From contig JBFGZE010000004.1 in the NCBI GenBank assembly GCA_041586955.1, forward strand, positions 28,942-92,941: DNA of 64,000 nucleotides, given 5' to 3'. Position 1 is the stretch's first letter; each line of letters begins with the position of its first letter. Position numbers and translations under genes: made by a program. Below, in pieces: positions 20,713-31,069 of this stretch. The notes under the pieces were generated by a model that saw only the letters and a program-made list of their open reading frames with translations, was not told the origin of the DNA and did no database searches. Origin of the DNA: Bacteriovoracaceae bacterium. Lineage in GTDB: Bacteria; Bdellovibrionota; Bacteriovoracia; Bacteriovoracales; Bacteriovoracaceae.

Positions 20713-21537
20713 TTATTTACGTCTCTTTACAATAAATCTATCAGTTCTTTTATTTTTTCTAGTCTTATAGCCCTTGGTCGGAACACCCCAAGGTGTCACC
20801 GGATGACGTCCACCAGAAGTACGACCTTCACCACCACCATGAGGGTGATCAACAGGGTTCATAGCAACGCCACGAACACTAGGTCTGAAGCCGAGCTTTC
20901 TTTTAGCGCCGGCCTTACCAATAACTCTTTTTTCATTATCGATATTACCAACTTGACCAATAGTAGCTCTACACTCTTGCTTAACCTTGCGTAATTCACC
21001 AGAAGGCATTCTTAAAAGAATCTCACGACCTTCTTTTGCCATAACCTGAACATAAGCACCTGCGGAGCGAGCCAATTGACCGCCAGCACCAGGGTACAAT
21101 TCAACATTATGAACGAGAGTACCAACAGGTATGTCGATCAATTTTTTAGAGTTGCCAACTTTGATGTCTGCATCAGCACTAGAAATAACAACATCGCCTT
21201 GCTTAAGACCTTGAGGTGCCAAGATAAGCGTTTTTACACCATCGGCATAGGCCAAAAGTGCCAGGTTGCAAGTTCTATTTGGATCGTAGCAAATGCCTTC
21301 TACTGTCGCAGGTACGTTTTCTTTATTTCTCTTAAAGTCAACGACTCTATAGCGTCTCTTTACTCCACCACCACGGTGACGAACAGTAATACGTCCCCCG
21401 TTATTACGGCCAGCAGTGCTTTTCTTTGGCGCAAATAACCCTTTAGGTACTTTAACACCCTTAGTAAGGTCATCGCTATTTACAACTTTCATTTCTCTTA
21501 AAGAAGGAGTTGTTGGCTTAAACTTTTTAATACCCAT
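20713..21537 (-). CDS. rplB: 50S ribosomal protein L2
   Basis: [34 protein letters not shown]. Confidence 0.98.
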   Translation of the reverse strand: MGIKKFKPTTPSLREMKVVNSDDLTKGVKVPKGLFAPKKSTAGRNNGGRITVRHRGGGVKRRYRVVDFKRNKENVPATVEGICYDPNRTCNLALLAYADGVKTLILAPQGLKQGDVVISSADADIKVGNSKKLIDIPVGTLVHNVELYPGAGGQLARSAGAYVQVMAKEGREILLRMPSGELRKVKQECRATIGQVGNIDNEKRVIGKAGAKRKLGFRPSVRGVAMNPVDHPHGGGEGRTSGGRHPVTPWGVPTKGYKTRKNKRTDRFIVKRRK

Positions 21538-21556
21538 TGTCTTGTCCTTATATTAA

Positions 21557-21847
21557 CTAAACACCTTTAAAAAACTCGATCTTTTGTCCTTCCGCCAAAG
21601 CAATATATGCTTTTTTAATCTTGGCAGTTTTCTTGATCAAGCGCCCGGCTTTTTTTAATTTACCTGGTGTAATATTGGTTTTTACATCTAACACTTTTAC
21701 ATCATAAAGTGTCTCAACAGCCTGCTTAATCTGGTTCTTATTTGCCTTTAACTGGACAACAAACCCAAAACGATTAAACGTTTCACTCTGGTAAGACGCT
21801 TTTTCTGTAATAAGGGGTCTAACAATAATTTCTTCTAATTTCGCCAT
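21557..21847 (-). CDS. rplW: 50S ribosomal protein L23
   Basis: PLITEK, ANKNQIKQAVE, KKAY. Confidence 0.97.
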   Translation of the reverse strand: MAKLEEIIVRPLITEKASYQSETFNRFGFVVQLKANKNQIKQAVETLYDVKVLDVKTNITPGKLKKAGRLIKKTAKIKKAYIALAEGQKIEFFKGV

Positions 21848-21852
21848 GATCC

Positions 21853-22470
21853 TTACCCCAACTTCTCTAATAATTTTGTTAAAGCATTTTGCTCAATAAC
21901 AAGGTTTTCAAATTTTACAGCTTCGTAGATACTAAAACCTTCTACAGCCATTCCCTTACCCCATTGAAGATTGCGAACAGCCTTTAATGCTGGAGACTCT
22001 TTACTCTCAGTCACAACCAATGCTGGCAATAAACCTTTACCATTTAAAAGCGTATGCATTTCTTTTGTTTTACCTGTTGACTCGATCTTATCAACAACTG
22101 TCAATTTTCCTGCTTGTAGCTTGTCAGCAAGTACCGTCTGAATAGCCTTCAGCATTAATTTTTTATTTGTCTTTTGAGAAAAGTCTCTAGGACTTGGTCC
22201 AAAAGCTCTCCCCCCGCCGGGCATTAGTGGTGATCGTGTCGAACCCTGACGAGCACGCCCAGTTCCTTTTTGCTTAAATGGCTTAGCGCCACCGCCACGA
22301 ACAGCTGCCCTGTTCTTAGTTGATGCGTTACCTTGTCTTCGATTTGCCAAAGTTGCTTTAACAACCTGGTGAACAACAGGTACATTTATATCGTCAGCAG
22401 TAAGACTAACTTCGGTAGTAATCTTTCCTGCTTCCTCAAATTTTGAATTTAATAAAGTTATTTCCGCCAT
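21853..22470 (-). CDS. rplD: 50S ribosomal protein L4
   Basis: RRQG, KPFKQKGTGRARQGS, FGP. Start moved to ATG 22470 (AAGGA upstream). Confidence 0.97.
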   Translation of the reverse strand: MAEITLLNSKFEEAGKITTEVSLTADDINVPVVHQVVKATLANRRQGNASTKNRAAVRGGGAKPFKQKGTGRARQGSTRSPLMPGGGRAFGPSPRDFSQKTNKKLMLKAIQTVLADKLQAGKLTVVDKIESTGKTKEMHTLLNGKGLLPALVVTESKESPALKAVRNLQWGKGMAVEGFSIYEAVKFENLVIEQNALTKLLEKLG

Positions 22471-22495
22471 CTCGTTGTCCTTATTTAATCGATCG

Positions 22496-23206
22496 CTACT
22501 TTTTAACAGCAGTTGCAATTCTTACAAAACCGTTCTTACTTCCAGGCAATGAGCCTTTAATAAGCATGTATCCGTTTGTCTCATTTACTTCTATAACTTG
22601 TAGGTTTTGAACTGTTTCTCTTTTTGCACCCATATGCCCAGGCATTTTCTTATTTTTAAAGACCTTACCAGGAGTTGCGCGATTACCAATAGAACCTGTC
22701 GTTCTATGGAACTTAGAACCGTGAGCTGCTGGCCCACCGGCAAAGTTGTATCTCTTAATTACACCTTGAAAACCCTTACCTTTGGAAATCCCTGTTACAT
22801 CTACATACGTAGACGGGGTGAAGACTTCATAGGAAAGCTCTTTGCCAAGATTTGCAGGATCAACCCCGTTCACCTTAACCTCAGAAAACCTTGTTACCTT
22901 ATGAGTGCTATTCGCCTTGCTTAAGCGGCCAAGAGTTGGCTTATTAACAAGCTTTTCTCTTTTTTCGCCATAACCTAGCTGATAAGCCTCATATCCATCA
23001 TTTTGAGTAGTTTTAACTTGCGTGATTACATTAGGAATTAACTTAACAACAGTAACTGGCACATGGTTCCCGTCTTTGTCGAAAATCCGAGTCATGCCGG
23101 CTTTAACACCATAGAATGTTGATAGGTTTACAGAAGTGGCCTTGTTGGCCTGAGTAGTTTCATCGGTGGCAGTTTCTGTCTCGACTGCCTTAGTCTCTTC
23201 AGTCAT
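22496..23206 (-). CDS. rplC: 50S ribosomal protein L3 with an acidic N-terminal extension
   Basis: KAGMT, DVTGISKGKGFQG, HGSKFHR, MPGHMG. Confidence 0.98.
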   Translation of the reverse strand: MTEETKAVETETATDETTQANKATSVNLSTFYGVKAGMTRIFDKDGNHVPVTVVKLIPNVITQVKTTQNDGYEAYQLGYGEKREKLVNKPTLGRLSKANSTHKVTRFSEVKVNGVDPANLGKELSYEVFTPSTYVDVTGISKGKGFQGVIKRYNFAGGPAAHGSKFHRTTGSIGNRATPGKVFKNKKMPGHMGAKRETVQNLQVIEVNETNGYMLIKGSLPGSKNGFVRIATAVKK

Positions 23207-23282
23207 CTAATCCTCCACAGCATCACCCTGTTCTCAGGGATGCATGCATGGTTAAAATATTGCAACAAACGTTGAACTTATA

Positions 23283-23591
23283 TTAGTATTTAATCTCTAC
23301 GTCAACACCTGAGGATAAGTCAAGCTTCATCAGGCTATCAACGGTTTGTTGCGTAGGATCCACAATATCAATTAATCTTTTGTGTGTTCTCATTTCAAAC
23401 TGCTCTCTCGATTTTTTATCGATGTGCGGAGACCTGAGTACAGTAAATTTATTTATCTCTGTAGGAAGCGGAATTGGACCAGCAACTCGAGCGCCTGTCT
23501 CTTTAGCGGTTTGAACAATTTCGTTTACCGAGTTATCCAAAAGCTTGTGGTCGTAAGCACGAAGCTTGATTCTTAATCTAGTCGCTTTCAT
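23283..23591 (-). CDS. rpsJ: 30S ribosomal protein S10
   Basis: [21 protein letters not shown]. Confidence 0.98.
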   Translation of the reverse strand: MKATRLRIKLRAYDHKLLDNSVNEIVQTAKETGARVAGPIPLPTEINKFTVLRSPHIDKKSREQFEMRTHKRLIDIVDPTQQTVDSLMKLDLSSGVDVEIKY

Positions 23592-23628
23592 TTATTATTA
23601 TTCCTCTTCATTAGTTAATTGAATCAGT

Positions 23629-23657
23629 TTATTAAAAAAAATGCGGCCTAATGTCAA
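23629..23657 (-). promoter_or_regulatory. Putative sigma70 promoter of the S10 operon
   Basis: TTGACA-N17-TAATAA on the minus strand, 37 nt upstream of rpsJ. Confidence 0.6.
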
Positions 23658-23728
23658 ACCTTTTTTTTAAAAACCTTAGAATAATTGCTTTTTTACAATT
23701 AGCCTAACCAGCGACAATCACTGCGACT

Positions 23729-25822
23729 CTATATATTTTCTACAAATATTCCCTTTTTTTCCAAAACTGCCTTTGCCAAAACTGGCTCCATTTGCTCATA
23801 ATTCTGGAAGTTCATTGTAAAACTGGCACGGCCCTGACTCTTGGAGCGAAGATCTGTACTATAACCAAACATTTCCGCCAGCGGAACTTCTGCATCCACC
23901 ACTTCCTTGTTTTGCTTAGTGCCCATGTTTTTGATTTTTCCACGCTTCATATTAATGTCCGAAATAACATCCCCAGTGTAGCCTGAGGGCGTTATAACCT
24001 CCAGTGCCATCAACGGTTCCCATAGAATAGGCCGGGCCTTTCTACAAGCAGCTACAAACGCTTGAGATGCAGCTATCGCATAAGCAACATCATTTGACTC
24101 TAATTCTTTATATTGCGCCTCTTTCAAAGTTATTTTTAGATTAATAAATGGATAGCCAGCAAGCACACCACCCGGGGCAGTATCTCTTATGCTTTTTTCG
24201 ATAGCATCTATTAATAATTGAGGTAATTCTCTCTTAGTCACATCCGATTCAAATACTAAGCCCCCTTCAGCAGGAAATGGCTCTACCTTCAAGCGACAAT
24301 GACCAAATTGTATTTTGCCTGCAAATTCTCTTTGAAAAGTTGCTTCCTCCTCTACCGCATCTCTTATGCTCTCTCTATATGAGACCTGAGGTTTCCCAAC
24401 ACGAATACCAACCTTAAATTCACGCTCCAATCGATCCGTGATAATTTCAAGGTGCAGCTCGCCCATGCCGAATAATAATAATTGTCCTGTTTCCACATTA
24501 TGATCATAAGAGAAAGAAGGGTCCTCAATAGTTAATTGCTTAAGGGTTTCCATCAATTTTTTTTCATCACCCGTTGTTTTTGGTTCAATGGCAATGGAAA
24601 TCACTGTTTCTGGGAATTGCATTAAATCAAAAATAATGGGTTTATGTTCTGCACATAATGTTTCACCTGTAGTTGTTACCTTTAGCCCAGAAACAGCGAC
24701 GATATCGCCTGGCCCGACAGTTTCAACTTCTGATCTTTTATCCGCATGCATTTTTAAAACTTTATTAATTCTTTCTTTTTTCTTTTTAATAGGATTATAA
24801 ACCGTTTGGCCTAATTTTAATTGCCCGGAATAAACTCTTAAATATGTCAATGAGCCAACAAATGGATCAGTCGCAATCTTAAACGCCAAGGCACTAAAGA
24901 GATCATTTGCTTCAGGTTTACGAGACATTTCTTGATCATTATCTTTAGCGCTAACCCCAACAATCTCCCCTCTATCAATAGGAGATGGTAAAAAGTCAAT
25001 AACAGCATCTAATAATGGTTGAACACCTTTATTTTTAAAAGCTGTTCCACAATAAACCGGAATAAAGTTTTCTTTAATAACTGCAGTTCTAATAACTGAC
25101 TTGAGTTCTTCGAGAGAGAGTTCTTCCCCCGATAAATATTTTTCTGCCAAATCATCGCTATAATCTGCGAGAGCTTCAACCAGTTCTTCTCTTTTGGCTT
25201 GCGCTTCAGATAATAAGTCTGCAGGAATTTCTTCCTCTTTAACCTCGGCACCAAGGTTTTCTTCACTAAAATAAATTGCCTTCATTGTTAATAGGTCAAT
25301 CATTCCTTTAAAGTTATCTTCTGCACCAATTGGTATTTGCATGGCCTGGGCATCCTTACCAAGCTTTTCTCGAATATCTATAATACAGTTTTCATAACTA
25401 GCATCAAGACGGTCCATTTTGTTAACGAAGGCCAAGCGCGGAACATTATACTTATCTGCTTGTGCCCATACAGTTTCAGATTGTGGTTCAACACCAGACA
25501 CAGCATCAAAAACCCCTATCGCACCATCGAGGACACGTAGAGCTCTCTCTACTTCAATAGTAAAATCAACATGGCCGGGAGTATCGATAATATTAATATT
25601 GTGCTTTTTCCACATACAGGTTGTTGCAGCGGAGGTAATAGTAATTCCTCGCTCTTGCTCTTGAACCATCCAATCCATGGTGGCGTTTCCGTCATGAACC
25701 TCACCAATTTTATGACTTTTTCCTGTATAAAATAATATTCTTTCTGTTGTTGTCGTTTTTCCAGCATCGATATGGGCCATAATCCCTATATTACGAATAC
25801 TTTGAATTTCCTTGGAGCTCAT
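23729..25822 (-). CDS. fusA: Elongation factor G-family GTPase (str-operon copy, divergent domain IV)
   Basis: [47 protein letters not shown]; domain IV tip loops are non-canonical. Confidence 0.93.
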   Translation of the reverse strand: MSSKEIQSIRNIGIMAHIDAGKTTTTERILFYTGKSHKIGEVHDGNATMDWMVQEQERGITITSAATTCMWKKHNINIIDTPGHVDFTIEVERALRVLDGAIGVFDAVSGVEPQSETVWAQADKYNVPRLAFVNKMDRLDASYENCIIDIREKLGKDAQAMQIPIGAEDNFKGMIDLLTMKAIYFSEENLGAEVKEEEIPADLLSEAQAKREELVEALADYSDDLAEKYLSGEELSLEELKSVIRTAVIKENFIPVYCGTAFKNKGVQPLLDAVIDFLPSPIDRGEIVGVSAKDNDQEMSRKPEANDLFSALAFKIATDPFVGSLTYLRVYSGQLKLGQTVYNPIKKKKERINKVLKMHADKRSEVETVGPGDIVAVSGLKVTTTGETLCAEHKPIIFDLMQFPETVISIAIEPKTTGDEKKLMETLKQLTIEDPSFSYDHNVETGQLLLFGMGELHLEIITDRLEREFKVGIRVGKPQVSYRESIRDAVEEEATFQREFAGKIQFGHCRLKVEPFPAEGGLVFESDVTKRELPQLLIDAIEKSIRDTAPGGVLAGYPFINLKITLKEAQYKELESNDVAYAIAASQAFVAACRKARPILWEPLMALEVITPSGYTGDVISDINMKRGKIKNMGTKQNKEVVDAEVPLAEMFGYSTDLRSKSQGRASFTMNFQNYEQMEPVLAKAVLEKKGIFVENI

Positions 25823-25843
25823 CCGACTTTTCCTTCTCTAACT

Positions 25844-25878
25844 AAAAAAGGCCTCCAAAGTTATACTCTAGAGGCCTT
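25844..25878 (-). terminator. Intrinsic terminator-like hairpin between rpsG and fusA
   Basis: Minus strand AAGGCCTC-tagagtataactttg-GAGGCC followed by TTTTTT. Confidence 0.65.
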
Positions 25879-25917
25879 CTCATTTTTTTAAACTTTGTTT
25901 TTTATTAAGCTAATTAA

Positions 25918-26388
25918 TTACCACTTAAGGTGAGCAAAAGCTTTGTTGGCCTCGGCCATTTTGTAAACGTCTTCTCTTTTCTTAACGGCACCACCTCTAT
26001 TATTGACAGCATCGATAATTTCATCGGCAAGCTTTTCCGTCATAGTTCTACCATTGCGGTTTCTTGCATAATCTCTTAACCAGCGAATGGCCAAAGATTG
26101 ACGTCTATTAATTCTAACCTCGATTGGAATTTGATAAGTTGCGCCACCAATACGACGAGACTTAACCTCAACAGCAGGCTTAACGTTTGAAAGAGCTTTC
26201 TTAAACATTTTAAGTGGCTCTTCTTCAGTTTTCTTTTCAACAATCTCAAGGGCACCGTAGAAGATTTTTTCAGCTGTGGCCTTTTTACCACCCTTCATGA
26301 GACAATTAACAAATTTTGTAACAACTACGTCCTGATATCTTGGATCTGGAAGTACTTGTCGGACTTCAGCTCTATGCTTTCTACTCAT
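25918..26388 (-). CDS. rpsG: 30S ribosomal protein S7
   Basis: [25 protein letters not shown]. Confidence 0.98.
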   Translation of the reverse strand: MSRKHRAEVRQVLPDPRYQDVVVTKFVNCLMKGGKKATAEKIFYGALEIVEKKTEEEPLKMFKKALSNVKPAVEVKSRRIGGATYQIPIEVRINRRQSLAIRWLRDYARNRNGRTMTEKLADEIIDAVNNRGGAVKKREDVYKMAEANKAFAHLKW

Positions 26389-26465
26389 ACAAACTCCTTC
26401 TTCACCCTAGCTTTAGATAGGGTTACTCACCTCCACCCCAGTTACAAATGGAAGTGCTTTTAAAA

Positions 26466-26840
26466 TTACTTTTTAGGTTTCTTACAGCCGTACTTAGAAC
26501 GACGTTGACCACGCTTATCAACACCAGTCGCATCTAAAGCACCACGAATTGTATGGTAACGAACACCTGGAAGATCTTTCACTCTTCCCCCTCTAATAAG
26601 AACAATCGAGTGTTCCTGAAGGTTATGTCCTTCTCCACCAATATATGAGGTTACTTCAAAACCACTAGTTAACTTCACTCTACAAACCTTTCTCATCGCT
26701 GAATTTGGTTTCTTTGGTGTAGTTGTGTAAACTCTTGTACATACGCCACGTCTTTGAGGACAGGCTTTCAAAGCGGGGGACTTTGTCTTAGAAGTCTTAT
26801 CGACTCTCCCCTTTCTAATCAATTGGTTAATAGTTGGCAT
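26466..26840 (-). CDS. rpsL: 30S ribosomal protein S12
   Basis: [28 protein letters not shown]. Confidence 0.99.
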   Translation of the reverse strand: MPTINQLIRKGRVDKTSKTKSPALKACPQRRGVCTRVYTTTPKKPNSAMRKVCRVKLTSGFEVTSYIGGEGHNLQEHSIVLIRGGRVKDLPGVRYHTIRGALDATGVDKRGQRRSKYGCKKPKK

Positions 26841-26882
26841 TCACAGCTCCTTCTACATTTATCATCTTCTACATCTGGATAA

Positions 26883-26918
26883 ACTAGCTAGTTGATGTAG
26901 CATAAGCAACTAGCTAGT
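26883..26918 (-). terminator. Stem-loop after rpoC (likely terminator)
   Basis: ACTAGCTAGTTG / CAACTAGCTAGT 12-bp inverted repeat; only a short T tail. Confidence 0.55.
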
Positions 26919-26928
26919 ACAAGCCTTT

Positions 26929-29900
26929 TTATATCGTTAAAGTAACAGTTTCATTAACTAAACTAGTACTATCATCCTCAACAACAGCTTCGAAATCTCT
27001 ATATCTAGGAATTCCGGAACCTGCAGGAATTAAACGACCCATAATAACATTCTCTTTCAAGCCGCGAAGAACATCTTTTTTGCCTTCAAGAGCTGCTTGA
27101 GTAAGAACTTTGGTCGTTTCCTGAAAGGAAGCCGCTGAAATGAATGAATCTGTCGTCAATGAAGCTTTAGTAATACCAAGAAGCAATGGTCTGGCCTGTG
27201 CAGGTTGCTCGCCATTAGCAATCAATTCTTCATTGATTTCCTCTAAAAGCCCTTTAGTAATAGAGTCGCCAGTTACAAGAAGAGAATCTCCTGCATCAGT
27301 AACTTCTACTTTTTTCAACATTTGGCTAACGATAACCTCGATATGCTTATCATCGATTTTAACACCCTGGAGGCGGTAAACCTCTTGAATTTCGTCAACA
27401 ATGTATTTAGCAAGTGCTTTAATCCCAAGAACTCTCAAGATATCATGAGGATTGGACGGCCCATCCATGATTGGCTCACCAGCTCTAATATAGTCACCCT
27501 CGTTAACAATTACGTAACGACCCTTTGGTACACTATATGTTACAGGTTCGGAACCATCATCAGGTCTTACAAGAATACGACGGTTTCCTCTTAACTCAGG
27601 TCCAAACTCAATCGTACCTGAAACATCAGCGATTTGAGCTGCGTTAGCAGGTTTACGAGCTTCAAATAGCTCTGCAACTCTTGGAAGACCACCTGTAATA
27701 TCTTTTGTTTTAGTTGTTTCTCTGGCCATTTTGGAAATAGCACTACCAACGTCAATAGTATCTCCATCAGATACCATAATATTGGCCCCAACCTGTAAGC
27801 GATAACTTGCGTGACGCTTAGTACCAGGAACGATAATGGGATTACCATCAACATCAACAATACTAACTCTTGGCTGCAAGGAAGGATCCTTACTTTCAGT
27901 CACAACTCGCGTTGTAAGACCAGTTACCGGGTCAACTTGCTCAACAACCGTTTGGCCGACAATAATATCTTCGTACTTAATAGAACCTGATACTTCAGTA
28001 AGAATTGGAATTGAGAATGGGTCCCATTCTAGAATTTTTTCCCCTACTGAGATTTCATCACCTTCATTAAAGAAGACTTTTGCCCCATAGAAGGCAGGGA
28101 CTCTTTCTTTTTCATTTCCACGATTATCTTTAACAAGAATCTCACCGACCTTGTTCATAACAATCATTTCACCAGCAGTAGTTTTTGCAATGGATACATT
28201 TTCGTAAAATACTTTACCTGCGGTCTTTGCTTCAGTTTTATTTACCTGTGCGCCTGCAGTTGCAGTCCCCCCAACGTGAAAGGTTCTCATTGTTAGCTGT
28301 GTACCCGGCTCACCAATAGACTGAGCAGCAATTACACCTACCGTTTCACCGATACTAACCATTTTACCACGGGCGAGATCGCGTCCAAAACAAGCGGCAC
28401 AAAAGCCATGTCTTTCACGACAAGTTAAAACAGAGCGAACTTTAATCTGGTCAACTTCTTTTGCTCTTAATAACTCAAGATCTTTTTCAGTTAATAAGTA
28501 ATCAGCTGGAAGAATTTCGTTGGCATCCACATCGAGGATAGGAGTTGCCGTAACTCTTCCCATTGCTCTCGTACCAGCATCCTCAACGATCTCACCAGCT
28601 TCAATTCGAGAAGTCAGAATAACGCCATCTTGTGAACCACAATTGTCACGACGAATAATTCCGTCCTGAGCAACAACGACAAGCCTTCTTGTTAGGTAAC
28701 CGGAGTTGGCCGTTTTAAGTGCGGTATCCGCTAGACCCTTACGGGCACCGTGGGTCGAAACAAAGTACTGAAGTACAGAAAGACCTTCACGGAAGTTTGA
28801 TGTAATTGGTGTTTCAATAATTTCACCAGAAGGTTTGGCCATCAAGCCTCGCATCCCAGCTAACTGTCTCATCTGAGTAGTAGAACCCCTGGCACCGGAG
28901 TCTGCCATCATAAAGATCGAGTTAAAAGAAGGAGCTTTTTCCTCATCTCCAGATTCATTTTTGAAAGTATCAGTTGAAATTCTTTCAAGCATTACCTTGG
29001 TTAGACGCTCGTTAGTTTGAGACCAGACATCAACAACTTTGTTGTATCTCTCACCATTAGTAATCGAGCCTTCATTATACTCTTCAGTAATTTTATCAAC
29101 TTCAGCATAGGCTTCATCGAGAATGCCAACCTTTTCCTTAGGAATAGTCATGTCATTAACGTTAATAGAAATACCCGCTTTAGTAGCGTATTCGTAACCG
29201 AGCTTCATTAAAGCGTCAGCAAGTAGAACTGTTTCCTTTTCGGATCCAACTCTATAGGCCTTATCAATAAGTTTCCCAAGAATCTTTTTGTTTAGGCCCT
29301 TATTGATATCTGAATACTCTAGACAATCAGGGATAACATCAAATACGAAGGTACGACCAACTGAAGTTTCAACAATTTCGCTTCCAATCCGTACTTTAAT
29401 CGGAGCCTGCAAATGTAAGTTCCCAGAATGGTATGCAAACTGGGCCTCTTCTTTTGAAGAAAACACTTTGTCATAGCCACGAGCAAAAGGACGAATCCTA
29501 GACATATAATAAAGTCCGAGAACAATATCCTGCGTAGGAACAATAATAGGGCTTCCATCTTTCGGAGAAAGAATGTTGTTTGTCGACATTGCAAGAATAC
29601 GACATTCGACCTGAGCTTCTAATGAAAGAGGGACGTGAACGGCCATCTGGTCACCATCGAAGTCAGCATTAAAAGCTGTACAAACGAGAGGATGGAGACG
29701 AATCGCTTTACCTTCAATTAAAACTGGCTCAAAGGCCTGTAAGCCAAGACGGTGAAGTGTCGGAGCACGGTTAAGAAGTACTGGGTGCTCTTGAACAACT
29801 TCTTCAAGAATATTCCAAACTTCTTCTTTTTGGCTATCAACCATTCTTTTCGCAACTTTAATGGTTGTACAATGCCCTTTTTCAATAAGCTTATTATAAA

Positions 29901-31050
29901 TAAATGGCTTAAATAGCTCGAGGGCCATTAACTTGGGAAGACCACATTGGTGGAGCCTTAAGTTTGGTCCTACAACAATTACAGAACGACCGGAATAATC
30001 AACCCGCTTACCAAGTAGGTTTTGACGGAAACGACCCTGCTTTCCTTTCAACATATCTGAAAGAGATCTTAATGGACGTTTATTCGCGCCTGTAAATACT
30101 TTTCCTCGTCTGCCGTTATCAAATAAGGCATCAACAGCTTCCTGAAGCATTCTTTTTTCGTTACGAATAATAATTTCAGGAGCATTTAGCTCTTTAAGTC
30201 TTTTAAGACGATTATTTCTATTAATAACGCGTCTATAAAGGTCGTTGAGATCTGATGTCGCAAAACGACCAGCTTCCAACGGAACAAGGGGACGTAAGTC
30301 TGGTGGTAAGATAGGAATAACTTCCATCATAAACCACTCAGGCTTATTATCTGATTTCAAAAGTGACTCAACAACTTTTAACCGCTTGATTGTTTTTGCT
30401 CGGGCCATTTCTGTTGTAGCGGCAGCAAGCTCTCTACGTAAAGTTTTATTTTCAAGGTCAACATCAACCTTTCTTAATAATTCTTTAATTGTATCGCCAC
30501 CCATGCCAGCTTCAAACTCAATCCCTTGCTCTTTAAGATCAAAGTATTGCTGTTCAGAAATCACTTGGCCAATCTTAAGACCGCCATCGAGTTCATCTGT
30601 CGCTGAATCAGTTACAATAAAGGCTTCATAATAAAGAACCTTTTCAAGCTCTTTAAGCGTAAGGTCCAATAAAGCACCCAAACGGGAAGGAAGAGATCTT
30701 AAAAACCAGATATGAGCAACAGGTGCGGCCAATTCGATATGACCGCAACGTTCTCTACGAACTTTAGACAGAGTTACTTCAACTCCACACTTCTCGCAGA
30801 CGACGCCCCTGTGCTTCATACGCTTGTATTTACCACAGATACACTCATAGTCTTTAACTGGGCCAAAAATTTTGGCGCAGAATAAACCATCTCTTTCTGG
30901 TTTAAATGTTCTATAGTTAATGGTCTCTGGTTTTTTTACTTCTCCAAAGGACCATTCACGGATCGTATCAGGCGAAGCCATCTTAATCGAAATGGCTTCA
31001 ACACTAATAGGATCTTTAGGTTTGTCAAAAAAGTTTAAAAGATCTTTCAT
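26929..31050 (-). CDS. rpoC: RNA polymerase beta' subunit
   Basis: Zinc finger CICGKYK...[31 protein letters not shown]. Confidence 0.99.
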   Translation of the reverse strand: MKDLLNFFDKPKDPISVEAISIKMASPDTIREWSFGEVKKPETINYRTFKPERDGLFCAKIFGPVKDYECICGKYKRMKHRGVVCEKCGVEVTLSKVRRERCGHIELAAPVAHIWFLRSLPSRLGALLDLTLKELEKVLYYEAFIVTDSATDELDGGLKIGQVISEQQYFDLKEQGIEFEAGMGGDTIKELLRKVDVDLENKTLRRELAAATTEMARAKTIKRLKVVESLLKSDNKPEWFMMEVIPILPPDLRPLVPLEAGRFATSDLNDLYRRVINRNNRLKRLKELNAPEIIIRNEKRMLQEAVDALFDNGRRGKVFTGANKRPLRSLSDMLKGKQGRFRQNLLGKRVDYSGRSVIVVGPNLRLHQCGLPKLMALELFKPFIYNKLIEKGHCTTIKVAKRMVDSQKEEVWNILEEVVQEHPVLLNRAPTLHRLGLQAFEPVLIEGKAIRLHPLVCTAFNADFDGDQMAVHVPLSLEAQVECRILAMSTNNILSPKDGSPIIVPTQDIVLGLYYMSRIRPFARGYDKVFSSKEEAQFAYHSGNLHLQAPIKVRIGSEIVETSVGRTFVFDVIPDCLEYSDINKGLNKKILGKLIDKAYRVGSEKETVLLADALMKLGYEYATKAGISINVNDMTIPKEKVGILDEAYAEVDKITEEYNEGSITNGERYNKVVDVWSQTNERLTKVMLERISTDTFKNESGDEEKAPSFNSIFMMADSGARGSTTQMRQLAGMRGLMAKPSGEIIETPITSNFREGLSVLQYFVSTHGARKGLADTALKTANSGYLTRRLVVVAQDGIIRRDNCGSQDGVILTSRIEAGEIVEDAGTRAMGRVTATPILDVDANEILPADYLLTEKDLELLRAKEVDQIKVRSVLTCRERHGFCAACFGRDLARGKMVSIGETVGVIAAQSIGEPGTQLTMRTFHVGGTATAGAQVNKTEAKTAGKVFYENVSIAKTTAGEMIVMNKVGEILVKDNRGNEKERVPAFYGAKVFFNEGDEISVGEKILEWDPFSIPILTEVSGSIKYEDIIVGQTVVEQVDPVTGLTTRVVTESKDPSLQPRVSIVDVDGNPIIVPGTKRHASYRLQVGANIMVSDGDTIDVGSAISKMARETTKTKDITGGLPRVAELFEARKPANAAQIADVSGTIEFGPELRGNRRILVRPDDGSEPVTYSVPKGRYVIVNEGDYIRAGEPIMDGPSNPHDILRVLGIKALAKYIVDEIQEVYRLQGVKIDDKHIEVIVSQMLKKVEVTDAGDSLLVTGDSITKGLLEEINEELIANGEQPAQARPLLLGITKASLTTDSFISAASFQETTKVLTQAALEGKKDVLRGLKENVIMGRLIPAGSGIPRYRDFEAVVEDDSTSLVNETVTLTI

Positions 31051-31069
31051 CTCTTAGTTCCTCAATATT

